A stretch of 61,579 nucleotides of DNA, filler included, from Bipalium vagum (GCA_037834085.1; 3 parts of 3 records of this genome joined end to end with filler, not necessarily neighbours in it); one strand, 5' to 3'; counted from the first letter of the whole stretch, positions 38,405-52,647 are shown. Numbers and translations are program-made. Notes: a model not told the origin generated them from the sequence alone.

Positions 38405-39665
38405 CTGGATTTTATAATAATATTATAACATAATAATACAAATTTTCTTTCAATATACTTTTATTTATTAACTCGATTATTGATTTCATTATGATCATTA
38501 AAACTACTTTTTTTTAATTTAATAATAATCTCTTAATTTTGAAATTATTTTATTAATATATGCTGCAGAAAGTATTTTCTATTATTTATTATGACTTTAT
38601 TAGTTTATTGATATATATTTTTTTGTTATATTAAATCTTTTATTTCTGTTCCCGTTTTTCATTTTCATTTTCATTTTATCTGTCATTGATTTATAAGATT
38701 TTAATTATTTTTACTTTTTTATTAATTAAATATTTTTTTAAAAATGTATTAATTTTTTATTATATATATATCAACTATTTTTTTATATCTGTATCAAAAC
38801 ACTACTTTTATTATAATCATTAAGAATTCATAATTATATTAATGATTCTTTATTATCTCATTATTTTTAATTATATCATCATTTCTACTTTTATTTTAAC
38901 ATTAATTTTTATTATTAAATTTTTATAAAATATTTTATTCCATATTTTTCTTACGAGTTTTTTAAATTATCGTTTTCATATTTCTTTTATTATCAATATT
39001 TAATCTTTATCATAATAAACATGACATTTCATTTTTATTATTAACACTATTATTAGAACCGACATCGGTAACTGTGCACCTAACAGTAAAATGAACAGGT
39101 TTTCATTCTATTCATTCAAAATAAAGAATTTTCATCCACATATGAATAGTACAGACCAAAAATGCAAAAGAAAAATATTTAATATTCATCAGAATTCATA
39201 ATGGGTTTTGACAGATAAATGTCAAAATATTTTTTGGTGACTTCAGTGAATTGACGGACAATGAACAGCATATCCATTTTTTGTTAAAAATGTTTACATT
39301 GATAAAAATTTATCTTTTTTCGTCTACAAAAATTTAAACAGACATTCTCAACCATTTTACATTCAAGTTACTTTAGGACAAGGCCTATAACAGGTCAATA
39401 TTGATAATAATAACAATAATAATAATAATAAATAATAATAATAATAATAATAATCGAAAATAATTACTGATAATATGAAAAATTTATAATTTATAATAAT
39501 TAATTTATAAATTTAAAAGGAAATTAATCAAAGGATACGTTCAAATTTTTAATAGATTATTTGAAAAAATATAAAATCCAATATTTAATGAAGTGAGAAA
39601 ATCAATGGCAATTTTTTTCAGTACAAATCAAAAAAATCGAATATTTCTAGATGTTAAAAAATTAC

Positions 39666-40194
39666 CAGATCAAAACTTCACTGTCAGGCCGTGCCAGAGC
39701 TTGACTACACCGATGTAACATATGAGCCGGCAACGATGCTTGCACTGTGATATTGTACGGCCATTCACTGAGACTGGTGTGGACCTGCAGTTGCTGAATG
39801 ACTTTGTGGAGACTGAAATCGGGTGTGAACACAATCTCCAGCTTCAGCGTGTCGTTTACTTCCAATCGATAACCGTAGCATTCGAGAATTTCAAATCCGT
39901 AGCCGGCGCACCACAAGTTCTCTCCTTTATTTTCCACATCAGACTTGACGTTCTCTAAAATTGTAGGCAATGAACCCCCACCGCTTCCACCACCTCCAAC
40001 GCCCCCACCACCACTTCCACTGTTGCTGTTGGAATCGTTCCCCTGAAATTCAAAGTTCAATTGACTATCGACCGTATTGGGATTCACAAGAGGGCCAAAC
40101 TGAAACCCCATAATGAAAACTGGTATTTTACCAATGTTCTTTATAACGAAAGGCCTTCGAACAGTAAAACTTGGTATGATTCCTTTTGGTTGCG
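39666..40194 (-). CDS. TMEM131: TMEM131 conserved-domain exon
   Basis: PSFTVRRPFVIKNIG...CAGYGFEILEC...IVFTPDFS...ASLPAHMLHRCSQALARP matches TMEM131 (CEGYGF, FTPDFT, ASLPYHMLATCAEALPRP). Confidence 0.93.
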
Positions 40195-41065
40195 CTATTA
40201 ATTAGATATGAATGAACAATAGTGACATGGTCACAAAAACTAACGAAAATAAATAAAATCAATAACATTTTCAGAAAATAGTTATTAATTCACTAATTTA
40301 ATATTCATAAAGGATCAATAAAGAATAGAAGATAATTATAATTAAATAATTTCTAAATTCCAATCTTTATAATAAAATCGATAAATCGATTAAATTAATT
40401 AAATATTAATAAATTTTGTTAAAAATATTAATTTATTACGATTATTATTACTAAAATTATACGAAAAGAAAGTTATAATAATTATTTGAAATTTAATTAT
40501 AATAATTGATAATCACAAATAATAATATATCAATCGTCAATTTAATATTAACAATACATAATTTCTACATAAACAAAAAGAATTATTTATTTAATAGAAA
40601 ATAGAAATTGAAAGAAAATCGATAAAATTGAATAATAATGAGAATAAATATTATGAGAAAATTTCTTTTTCCACAAACAATTAAACAAACTTTGATGCAT
40701 AATTAAATGGTAAAAAACCCAATAAAAATTCATTTTAAGAATTTAATAACTATTCCGAGAAAATTATTCATTTCATCAATTTAGAAAATTAATAATTGTT
40801 CAATCTACATGAGTAAGATTTCAAAAATATTTTTATAAGCTATATTATTTATTTTTTTATTATTATTATTATTAATATTAATATTATTATTTCATTCTTA
40901 TTCCCTTAAAAACTTATCATTTATAGGAAATCTATAAATCTTAATTGATTTCACACAAAATCACAGTAAAACAATATTATTAAATTGATTTGTTTATTTA
41001 TATAATTATTGATCAAAGAACAGAGAGAAGAAGATACAAAAATATTAAATGAAAACCCAACTCAC

Positions 41066-41450
41066 AATCGCAACTTTTCAAGTGCTTCTCTGTCAATTCA
41101 AAATGAAGTATCGACGTTTCCTCTTGTAGATGGCCACTCTGAAACAGCAACTCTCCATACGTGCCCTGACCTTCCAACAAAACGGTTTCGATGCTCGTCA
41201 AATTGTTGCGCAACACGAGAACGGTGGACAAACGCTTTCCAACCGTTTCCGGAGACGGACTGAAGTAAACTCGTGCCTTCTGCCTGGTCCTAGGCAGCAA
41301 GAGAACCATTAGCGATTCATTGTGTGGACTGATGGACAACATGGTAGAGACTCTAGCGTTCTCTTTGGTGGCTTCGTCGTAAACGTGTTTCTCGTCCTCT
41401 TCATTCAGTTTTTGTTTCGGGTGCAAGGTGAACAGGTTGTTGTTGTAAAT
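41066..41450 (-). CDS. TMEM131: TMEM131 exon
   Basis: VLRNNLTSIETVLLEGQG...LHFELTEKHLKSC (cf. VRNNLTVMDAVMVQGQG); ttgcag and gtgagt splice sites. Confidence 0.93.
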
Positions 41451-41710
41451 CTGCAAAAATTGAGTTAACAAAAATGGTACCAAATGGAACATAGATAACT
41501 GTGATAGAGAGATATAGAGAAAGAAGAATTAAGATGAATAAATTATAGAGATTAGAGACAATAATAAGAACGTACAGAGAGAGAATTGAAAAAGTAAAGG
41601 ATGATAACAAAAAGAACCTAAAAGAGTATAGAATAAAAAAACAGAGAAAAAGAATAATAAACAAAAATTTAGGTATTTATTTGAAATGAGGGGAATAATT
41701 TTACTCCAAC

Positions 41711-42090
41711 ATCCTTGTCCGATATGCCTAACAGCTCGATCAATGAATACGGATCGTAATAATGAGAGATAAGGATCAGCTGCAAAATGAGGGGATTGTC
41801 CGATGGATTTTCCAAATAGATATCTCGAAAACTGAAATTCCCGATTTGAGTCAACGGAAATTTCGTCACTTTGGACGATAAGCTCAATATACTGGGCCAA
41901 ATCAACTGGGCCTGGACAGTGGTGAGAAATCCGTTGATATTGGACGTGTCCATTTGCATGGTGACATTGAACTGATGATTATCGGAGGCTTGAAACGATT
42001 CCCACTGCTGATGGATGCGTTTGTAGATAAATTTATCAATATCGAACGATTGAGAATTCATGTCTGTTGTTAGAAGCCACTGGTAACCCA
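41711..42090 (-). CDS. TMEM131: TMEM131 exon (most 5' one recognised; rest of the gene probably lies beyond the scaffold end)
   Basis: LIWPSIL...KFPLTQIG...IYLENPSDNP (cf. LSWPSIL...KFPLT...LENPADVP). Confidence 0.92.
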
Positions 42091-43966
42091 CTAGAAAGTT
42101 TTTCAAGTTAAAATTTGTAATTTTGACAAACAAAAAATCGATGATCAGTTTTTTTAGGTACAATTGTCAAAAGAAAATTTGATAACTTTTCAAAACAAAA
42201 AAATGACAAAAATAGATGATGTTTGAAAAAAACCAGTATTAAAATTTCAAAAAGAGTAAAAGAATTTACTACTAAATGAATAAATTATTTTTTGATTTTT
42301 TAGAATTTTGGTTACTAATTATTGAGAATGTCATTTAGAATGAAAAAAAAGTAGGAAAAAGGAAAATTTGGCCTTCGGGAAAAATGAAATAAAATTTCGA
42401 TACTTTTTAAAAACTATTAACGTTAGAAATATCAAAATATATAATACAAATCGATTTTCCACTAAAATCAGAAAAACAGATAAAATTAAAAAAATATTCT
42501 GAAATTATTTTTTGTTTTGATTGTGATTGTGATAAATTGATTTCTATAAAAGGTTGCTTAACAGTTTCTGCTTTTTTAGTAAAACGTTTTCAGTTTTCAG
42601 AAAAAACGAGAAAGTTTCCGTCACAGCTGCATAGGGATTTACGTCATCAACAGCAATATCAGACGCAGAAGCAATGTTTCCAACTAAATTTTGTATTTTT
42701 TCTTACATGAATGAAGTGAAGAGAAACATTTAGATGCTGTTATTGGGAAAAGAAATCTGTGATGAACCAATCCCCAAACGGAACGTTTATTATTATGTTG
42801 AATTTACACGTCAGCCAAAATTAGAATGTTTTAAATAACTTTTTAAATAAAATATCGAGATAAAATACAATTAAAAATAGTCGATAAGAATAAAGTTTAA
42901 TAATCGATACTGATAATAATAATATTATTGACATCAATCAAAACAAGTGAGAAAATAAAAGTTGAATATTTTTATGTCATTGAATTCTAGAAAAAATTTT
43001 GGAACATTTTGACCCGATTGATTTTAATTTTGAAAAAAAAATATACACAAAAAAGAAAAACAATTCAAAAATTAATAAAGAGAAATTAGAAAACTCTTCT
43101 AATAATTAGATGATCGGACCAACTGTTGACTTAAATGGAAAGATATTTCAAATAAGTTAAAAATCGTTGTCGAAAATTTTAATTTAAAATGAATTCTTCA
43201 AAACCCAACAATAATTCTAGGAAATAAGCGATGAAGTAAATTGATTTTTTCTGGAATAATACGTCATCCTATCTCAATAAATTTTGAAGCAGTGATTAGT
43301 TCAACCAAAACCGAGATTGATTGTTAAATGAAGAAATCAGCTCAAATATTGTGATAAACTATTCAACCATGAAATTGATAGGCAAAATTTGAAAAAAACC
43401 GATTTCTGCTGATATCGGCATAAAAAAAAAGAAATTTCTGTAAGGATTGATTTTAATAATAACATAAAATATGAATATTTAAACTGATTGTAGAAAGTTT
43501 AAAATTCTTATCTTAACTTTTAAAATTAACTAAACTTATATTAATTTATATTTTAAAGATTTATTTTATTAAATACTAAAATTATATTTTGTAAAAACTT
43601 ATGTTTGAAAATAAAAAAGGGAACATTATTTTTCTATAAATTAACTAATCTTAGTTACTTTTTGAGAAAAAAAGTTTTTTACAAAAGTTGTTTTCTCTTG
43701 ATATTTTGACTAATAAATAATAACAAAAATCAATTTAAATAAACCATGATTGAAAATAAAATAAATCAATAAATTAACTATTTATCAATTAATCTTAATC
43801 TTGTTAATAATATAAATTTATTTTTCGAATATACGCCTTTTATTAAATTAATACAAAATTTATTCAAATACATATTTTCATGAAACATATTTCGAACTTT
43901 TATTTTTCAGTTCTTCATCAGTCAATGTTTTTGATATTTACATTTTAAATCGCTAAATAACGGTAT

Positions 43967-44066
43967 NNNNNNNNNNNNNNNNNNNNNNNNNNNNNNNNNN
44001 NNNNNNNNNNTTAATTAATTAANNNNNNNNNNNNNNNNNNNNNNNNNNNNNNNNNNNNNNNNNNNN
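43967..44066. other. Artificial scaffold linker
   Basis: 44 N + TTAATTAATTAA + 44 N. Confidence 0.95.
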
Positions 44067-44839
44067 AAAGGAAATAATTAAACTCTATATATGAATATAT
44101 AGATATATATATATATATTTTTAATTTTGTTTTAATAAAATATTTATTTAAAATGGATGCTAGTAAAACCTGAAAAAACCTGCAGATTTATTAGATTGGA
44201 AGAACATATTCATTGAAATTTGATGCTCAATATGAAATTGGACACTCAAACAGGAAATTTCGGCTAATTTAAAGTTGTCTAGAAATACACTTGCTAAATG
44301 TTCTCAACGACTAAAAAGTTATGCTCTAGAGTAAAAGATAATAATGCAGAAGGAGTAAAAAAAGCAGTGAAAGAGATGAAGATCATATCGTAAAAAAATT
44401 TGAAGATAACAGATTTAAATATGCTTTCGAAATATAAAAGTAAATTTTCTATAATATTTATCCACCAACTGTAAGTAGACGACTTTGTAAAAATGTAATA
44501 TATACTTATACACCTGCATGGAAACCGAAACGTAATCAAAAATTGTAAGATAGAAAAGGTGAGTGCACACTGAATATTAGATGAAGGGCCTAAAATTTCT
44601 TTCAGTGATGAGAGATCAAGCACTGATGCTGTTCAATATGTGTGTCGATATATAGGAGAACGATATAATAAAAAAATATTTGCTTACTTATGTGAATCAA
44701 ACAATTGTATAATTTTGGATGCTTTTTATGTGATTGCTTATATGTCATAGTATCCATTTAGAGATAAAATGTTGAATTCAGAAAGGTATCAATAATTTCT
44801 TCAAACACAAACTTGTTTATGCACAAACCCGTACCAAAT

Positions 44840-45325
44840 GGAGGTCAATTTCAACAGGGCAATGGTCTTGCACATACCTACAGATCAGCAAAAAATTATT
44901 TGGTTTCATAATGCTATTGTCACTTCATGCTTTAGTAATATACGTCGGGAATCAGTCAAATTGAAGCATAATAAATAACTTATTAGTTATAAGACCGAAT
45001 TTCAATTTTTACAATTTGAAATGAAATCTCTAAGTGGTGTGTGACAGGTTTGTGAAAACTAATTTAGAAATGCAATGGAATCGTATGAAGAGCATTCTGA
45101 AAGAAGATTATAAGCTACCAACTGATAGTGACCAGCTATTCTTTACGCTGAGGAAATATGGAATTACATAATGAGCAGTACACAATATTGCCTTACTTTG
45201 AATTCATGATTGACTTTGTATAACATTTCTGGTGGTATAACAAGTTATTGGTTGGGTTTATTTTTAAAAAAGTGTAAAAATAAATCCATTTAAACAGGAG
45301 TGAATTTTTATTTTATACAACTGTC
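44840..45325 (+). mobile_element. Decayed Tc1-like relic
   Basis: FQQGNGLAHT (cf. FQQDNAPxHT) and a GGITSY C-terminal-like motif. Confidence 0.5.
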
Positions 45326-45429
45326 AAATGAACCCATAATAAATATATAAATAGGGTAAAAAACTGTTATGTTTTTGTAAGAAAATAAAAATATTGTTAA
45401 TCAGCAAATAATAAATTTAAAGTAAAAAA

Positions 45430-46030
45430 TACAAAAAGACGATCATTAATGAATGATTTGTTCAAAAATTCTTCTTTAGCTGCAATATTGCTTCAACTTG
45501 ACCACGAAATCTGAAGCAACCTTGAACAAGGTTAACCTTATCAAGTGATAAAAATACTTTGGTAATCATTACTTTTAAAGAGCCAATAGTAAAAATGAGG
45601 TTTTTATTAACATCTCTTTTGAAAACGCTTCACACATAATAATCTAAATAATTAATGTCAGGTGAGCTAGGAGGTCACACATCCTTTGGCCAGAACCCAA
45701 GAACATTAGGCCTGAGAAAATCTTGAACCATCTTGTTGGTATATATTCTTTCTTTATCCATGGCAAACCGATGTCCCGCAAAACCTCCAAGTATAACTCA
45801 TTGTTTATCTTTAAGAATTGGAAGAAGAAATACAGGTCCATAATATCCCCTTCAATGACTGTAGCCGGAAATTTTGTTTTCATCATTATTGGAATCTTAG
45901 TAACACTTTGACAGAGCCACGTGTTGTTTCTTCTGTCTACTTTCTGATCCTGCTGAAAGTTCTGTTTATCAGAGAAAAAAACAAGTGACTTTTTTTCTCG
46001 GTTTCTTTAATTTTGCTAAAAGTTTCCTAG
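45430..46030 (-). mobile_element. maT (DD37D-like) transposase pseudogene
   Basis: FSDK, MKTKFPATV, YLEVLRDIGLPWIK and WPKDV*PPSSPD...LDYYV; same clade as 1-207. Confidence 0.85.
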
Positions 46031-46632
46031 CTCTTTCCAATCTGAAGTAATTTATTAGAAGAGGAAAATAATAATGTTTAGTTTCCTAAGACAATTTCAT
46101 AACATGTTTTTTAATGATAGGGGATAATTATTTTTTAAATCGATTTTTAATTTTTTTTTAACTTTTTGTAATTTCTTTCTTTTCAAAAGTAATAAATTAT
46201 AATTTAAATAATATTATTAAATATCCATTAATATTTAATAATTTTTAATTTTACAAATAAAAGCATGTACATTATAAATTCTGAAATAATATAAAATTAT
46301 TTATATTTTTAGCACCTAAAAGAAAATAATACGTCTCCTATAATTTCATCTCTTCACTACACAATTTCATTTCGAAAACTTACTAAACAAATCTGACGTT
46401 TATGAAGATAAAATATGATAATATTTACATTATAGAAATTATATTTTTCAATTATCCAATTTCCAAACTTCATTCAGAATAGGTTTATTAAATTTAAGAG
46501 CGAAAACAATAAATAAAAATTCCCATTGATAAATAATGACGTTCAATTTTCATTTTAAATGAAAAGAAATTAAATTTTATTGTTTGTATTAATTAATATT
46601 AAAGTTTATTAAAATAAAACAGATTTCCATAC

Positions 46633-46825
46633 TTCCTGATTTGGTCAAAATTGCTACAGGCCTGGAAAAGGGTCCTTTTCCTATGCTGTTAACTGCTTGT
46701 ATAGTGATATGATGGACTTTATTTGGAGTTAAGTGGCTGATGAGAGAAGAATCCGTTTTGGAATCAAAATGACGCCAATGTTGGTTTGGCAAATCCGGAT
46801 GTTCCGTATAGAGAAGTATGTATTT
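46633..46825 (-). CDS. LAR-like receptor gene exon: second half of FN3 domain 2
   Basis: KYILLYTEHPDLPNQHW...LTPNKVHHITIQAVNSIGKGPFSRPVAILTKSG; ttttag and gtatgg sites; phase-0 join to 54257. Confidence 0.85.
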
Positions 46826-47542
46826 CTAAAAGCAGTCAGCAATGCACGATTGACAATGGTTGGAAAATTTATTTACAAATAATTTTATTTTGTTGGGAAA
46901 ATAGATTTTAATTTTTACACTGTGTAGTTCTAAATCCTCAATAATCGCCTTAACAAAAAGCCAAAAAATATTATCTTTATAAATTTGAAATAATACCGAA
47001 ATCCACATAATATCCTTACAAGTCTAATTGAAAAGATCATTTTTGACAGATTTTTAGAAAAATTATCATTTCACTGTTCTTAAATGGATTTTTATTTTCT
47101 TTTTAAAATATGAGACCAAAAAAGAAAGTATATTTGTTAACAGGAACTTCATTCAAATATCTTAAACTATAACTGATATATTAAATTATAACGGATGTTT
47201 TATTAATTTTAGCTGTGATAACATCGAATTGAGACATATTCTACAAAAATAATAACACAAACAAATGTTCAAAAATTTAAAAATCAATGTGCCTTTATTA
47301 TAAAAATTTTATAATTGATTAAATGTCATTGTAAATATTGAAGCATATTATCAAAAATTTAAAAATTCTAAAATCTGCTTAAATACACACACCTCTTTTT
47401 CAAAATTTATTAAAATTTTCCTAATTCTTTTCATTGTTTTTTCTCTATCAAAATTTACATATTTTCTAATTGTAAACTTTGTATATGGTTCTCAAAAAAC
47501 TTGAGTTAAATAAAATATTTGATCAAATGATGTGCGTTAAAT

Positions 47543-47695
47543 AAAAACCTTGTCATCAATGGGTTAAACAATGACGTAATGGCTTAAAAATCTTGTCATC
47601 AATGGGTTAAACAATGACGTAATGGCTTAAAAATCTTGTCATCAATGGATTAGAAAAAAACATGACGTAATGGGTTAAAAACCTTGTCATCACTG
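47543..47695. repeat. 43-bp tandem repeat (~3.5 copies), subterminal to a Merlin relic
   Basis: ttgtcatca recurs at 47550, 47593, 47636 and 47684. Confidence 0.9.
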
Positions 47696-47799
47696 GTTTC
47701 AAAAAATTATAGAAAATCATTTAAAAATTTAACAGAATTACTTTAAAAATTGGACAAGAACATCATTAATGTAATGACCGTATCATTTTTGAAAAAAAG

Positions 47800-48050
47800 G
47801 AGTGTTAGCAATCGTCGGTGATGAGTGATGAGTATAAAGGCTAATGCTCATTAACTAAGGAAAAATTCTACCCATCTCACAGTCAATCACAAATATAATT
47901 TTTTGAACATAGAGACCGGTGTCAATGTCCAGCAAATTGAATCTATCTGGGGAACATTAAAAACCAAGACAAAATGTTTGAGGGTAATATATGAAACGGT
48001 ACTAAAGTCTTAACTCGCCAAATGGAATTGGAGGCAAAATTTAAAAAAAA
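47800..48050 (+). mobile_element. Merlin (ISXO2-like) transposase fragment
   Basis: SDEYKG, then THLTVNHKYNFLNIETGVNVQQIESIWG...WNWRQ. Confidence 0.8.
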
Positions 48051-48460
48051 AAGGTCCTAGTGCATAATATTTGATTTCTTAAATAGGTTTGATTAATGAA
48101 TTGCTTTTCTATTATTTTTATTCATTTTGTCCGTTTAAAAAATAAATTAATTTTTTTAATCATTTTTTGGATTGGAAAAAGACGTGTTTGAAAATGAAAT
48201 GAAAAAGTTTTAAAATATTAAAAATGGTATTTTTAAAGTTTTTAAAATTAAATAAAGTTTTTTTCCCATAATAATGTAGATAATATTTTATAAAATCATG
48301 ATAGTGATATCATTTGAAGATAGACATCGAAGAAGAATAAAATTGACTGAAGAAGATCTGAAAGAATAGATCGAAACATGTTTCAAGATAGTAGTATAAA
48401 TACAATTTTGCGTATTCGAAAATAATTTTTAAAAAGCGTGTGCTTGAAAAAAAAAATATA

Positions 48461-49640
48461 CGAGGGTGGTTCAATAAGTCCGTGAAAAAATTATAACGAC
48501 TAATATATTTACACAAAACAAAGTTGTTTTTATAACATAATTTCCAAGTAGGTCATTCAACGTTTCTCAAGTTTATTAATTTCTTATTTAAAATAAGATT
48601 AATCCAGTTCATTAATATAATCACTTCATGAATGATTTCAATATCCGATTAAAATTTTCGACCTGCAAGCCATTTTTCATGTCTGGAAAGAGAAAATAAT
48701 CAGACGGAGTAAATTGGGGGAATATGGTGGATGTGATAGCAGTTGAAAGTGTATTTCATCTTAATCTCTTCATTCAAACGGATCAATAATCCATTATAAT
48801 ATTTTCCATTAATTGTTTTTCCTTTTTCAAGATAATCGGCTAGAACTACACCGTGCGCATTCAAAAAAATGACAACTATGACATTTCCAGCACATGCAAC
48901 AGTCTTTGCCTTTTTCGGAGCTGATTCACCTGGTTTTATTCATTGCTTTGATTGATTTTTAGATTCAGGGGTTTAGTGATGAATCCAAGTTTCATCAGCA
49001 GTGATAAAACGACGAAGAAATTCATTTGGATTGTCTTGGAATAAAGCCAAACCTTTGCTCCAAACTTCGCATACGCTCACGCTTTTGGTCAACTGTGAGC
49101 AAGCGCTGTACCCATCTCGCAAACAGTTTTCTCATTTCCAAATCTTTATGCAAAATTGAAAATGTTGATCCAACTGATTTACCAATAGCCTGGGCTGTCT
49201 CTCGCACTTTGATTCGTCGATCATTAAGAACAATATCGTGAATCTTTTGAATAATTTCCGATGTTTTCACTTCATTTAGACGACCAGACCGTGCGGAATC
49301 ATCTGTGCTTGTACGGCCACAACTAAATTCGGTAAACCATTTATGGATCACACTGACTGATGGTAAGGAGTTACCATAAAATTTAATGAGTCGTAAATTT
49401 GTTTCGCTGATTGTTTTACCTCTCAAAAAATAATGTTTCAGGAGGACTCAAAATTCGTGATTTTCTATTTTCATCTTGATAATTATCATTGACAACTTTG
49501 AAATGTGATATAGTTTAAAATAATTTTATGTATTTAACTGAAATTTCGGATTTTACATTTTTAATGTTCAAATTTTTATTAACAAAGTTTAAAAACACTA
49601 GTGCTAAAATTTTTTTTATTTTTCACAGACTTATTGAACC
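48461..49640 (-). mobile_element. Near full-length irritans-subfamily (Himar1-like) mariner pseudogene
   Basis: TIRs ggttcaataagtccgtgaaaa / ttttcacagacttattgaacc; GRTSTDDSARSGR...KIHDIVLNDRRIKV...MRKLFARWVQRLLT; HPPYSP. Confidence 0.93.
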
Positions 49641-50820
49641 GTGAAATAATAATGAAGATTATTTGTTGTTACTATATTCAGGTATACATACTTTTTAAAA
49701 TATTCATGATTGGAAATTTATTTCCATTTCATTTAACTGATTTAAACCACATACATTGCATGAATTTATAAATGTAAAAAGGTGAATGCAGTTGAGATTC
49801 TAAGAAACCCCTTTAGTCATCTAATATTTACAAAGAAATACAAAATGCACCATATATTCACATATGTTTCTTTACGAATTTAATATTCATTAATAAATAT
49901 CAGATAATACCCATTCGAGATTATGATGAGTATGAATTTAATTAAACTGAAATTCTTGACAGAATTAGGACAGATTATAAATTATGGTAAATTACATGTT
50001 CTCTGTCTAGCAGTTAAATAATAATTTTATTATTTATTATTTATTTATTTATATTTATTAAAGAATATCAACTGTGTTGAACAGAACTAAATAATCTTTC
50101 GATTTTCATGTTAGACAGATCTAAATATAAATTAAAATGGCTACATATTTATGAAGTTTTCAGGAAAACAAAGTTATCTTTACATATAGAATGGATCTAT
50201 CTATGAATATATTCTTAGAAAAACATTCAGTATTGTGCGAATGTTTTTTAAATTTTAAATGTTTTCGTAGTTCTGTGAAAAGTGTTATCTACTTTTTTGT
50301 CCTAATATTTAATGAATACCACCGTATTGCAGTCTACAGATTTAATGTTTTCGGTAAATGTTTAAGAAGTGTTTATTAAGAGTTTTATAAAGGCTGTATC
50401 CAGACTCTTGTAATCATTTTTTATTTTTATAAAAAGATAACCTATTTCTCCCGAGCAGAACAAAATGATTTTTACTTTATGTGAACGAACATCAATGACT
50501 CAAGCAGTTATTGCTAAAGAATATGGTGTGAGTTTGGGAACTGTAAACAACATTTTGAAACAAAAACGGACACAGGCACGATTGAGGTGAGTAGAAAAGT
50601 GTATATGGTGCTAGAAGATTAGCCACTTTCTCTTCTCAAAGATCAGATATTTTGAGAGATTCAAAAAGTTAACAGTATTCTTATACTGTTTCAATTTTAG
50701 AAATATTTTTTACATTTTATTTTAAAATAAAACAGCAGGATAGTAAATTTTGAGGCAGAATAATAACTTTTTGTTTTAATAAATTATAAAAGAAGGTTAC
50801 GAGACAATTGTTTATTTACG

Positions 50821-51192
50821 CAGTGCGCCTGTTAAGTACTTAGACTGAACAATAAATATACAACCGATTTTATTTAAACTTTAAATAACAAACATGTATC
50901 AGGTCTAAATTAAAAACAATAGTTCGGCCAATTTTGAATTCAATTTTAAATTGCTGCCTTCCAGGGACACTCACTGTTGTAAGCATCCTGTGGTTGTATA
51001 ATAATTATTATACAATTTTTTGCTTCAATTGCAGGAATTTGATTTCACTACGAAATTCAACTAAAAAACAAAAAGTTTAGAAAAGTAAAAATATCTTTTC
51101 ATTACTTATATATATTAGAAATAATCACTTACAATAACTTTTTTATGAATTAATTATTTCCTGTCGAGTCTAAATACTTAATGGGCGCACCA
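50821..51192. mobile_element. Tc1-type MITE
   Basis: ~26-bp imperfect TIRs cagtgcgcctgttaagtacttagact / agtctaaatacttaatgggcgcacca. Confidence 0.75.
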
Positions 51193-51267
51193 AGGATCTT
51201 TCATACATCTTATATCCTTATTCAAAATGGTTTCATAATTTTTTAATATTAGTTAGATATATATTTA

Positions 51268-51304
<37 letters not shown>

Positions 51305-52229
51305 TTTGATAATAAAACATTTTCTTATAAATATATAATATTTTGAAGTATTCGCAACATAATTGTAACAAATTGTAAATATTCTTCTGGCAGTAATGAA
51401 TTATTTTCTATAATTTTATTGCTAAATAATCATCGTTGTAAATTTCACTTCTCTTAAAACATTAACTGATGGGAAAAGAAAAATAAGTTATTAAAATAAT
51501 TAATTTAATAAAATAATTTTTATTAATTACATTAATTATTGGCAAATTAATTACTTTAATACAAAATTAAATATTTATATAATTAAATAATTGCATAATT
51601 AAAGTAGTTAAAAAAATAATGATAAAATTAAAATAAATTATACTTGTTCAAATAATATAAATAATTAATCAAGTTTCATCTGGGAAAATATGGGGATGTT
51701 AAAATAATTAATGAAAAAATTTGTTTAAATAGGAAAAATAAATAGGCAAACATTAAATTGCATAAAAAAATACCAAAATTTAAATATGCATTTTGAATGA
51801 ATTTTATTGTGAATTTTTGAAAATATATTAATAATTAAATTTTTCATCAAATATTTGTAGTCATAGGCTGTAGGTTTGTAAATGTTCAATAAATTAATAA
51901 ACAGAGCAAAATGAAAGAATGTGGAACATAAAGCTTGAATCAAGTTTCTAGGATTCGTAGAAAACTTAATTTATCATAGAGAACTTAAAAAGCATTTTTT
52001 CATTGAAATTTGAGAATTTCTAATGTAGCTTAATTCGTTGGACTCCAATATAAATGTAAGAGCTCTGTGTTGATTGTTTTAGACTCTTCAAAGAAATGAG
52101 GTAAAATTGAAAACGAAGATGACTGTACTATTATTTTTTTTCCTCTTTGATAGTACTTTATTTATTAAATCTTTTATTTTTACTTAAATTTATTTAAAAA
52201 CAAAGACCAATACATTGCGCGTGTTAGAC

Positions 52230-52647
52230 AGAATAATAATTATGCAGTATTCTTTATTCCTTTGTGGGACTTTTCGACATTCTTCGTCTTCAAAAACGGT
52301 TCTTGTTGACATTATTAAGGGTTTCATCTTTTCAAATTTTTCCTTTATTCGACTGATTGTCAGTCTTGTTGGAGGATCTATCTGAAATTCTTTCTTGAAC
52401 AGGATTTGCACCTCTTCTTAACTTTTCAAACTTGAAGTAAAATTCTTGATAATAAATTTTCGCTGCTCAAAGTTCAACCTACCTTTCATGATTCAACCAT
52501 TAAGAATAAATTTATAAGTTTAAAATAGCGATCATTTTTTACCAGTTATTCGAGTATTTAAAAATCTCTAAAACAAATAATAAGGTCATATAATTGCCTA
52601 ACGATTTATATTTATAGTGTGTATACATTTTTTGAGAAACCTTGTAT
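52230..52647 (-). mobile_element. rosa/Tc3-like element 5' end
   Basis: MKGRLNFEQRKFI and FKKEFQIDPPTRLTISRIKEKFE HTH segments; TIR-like end near 52620-52647. Confidence 0.7.

Noticed and set aside
47543-47695. CRISPR-like array
   Set aside because: Units are contiguous with no unique spacers, the context is eukaryotic, and there are no cas genes
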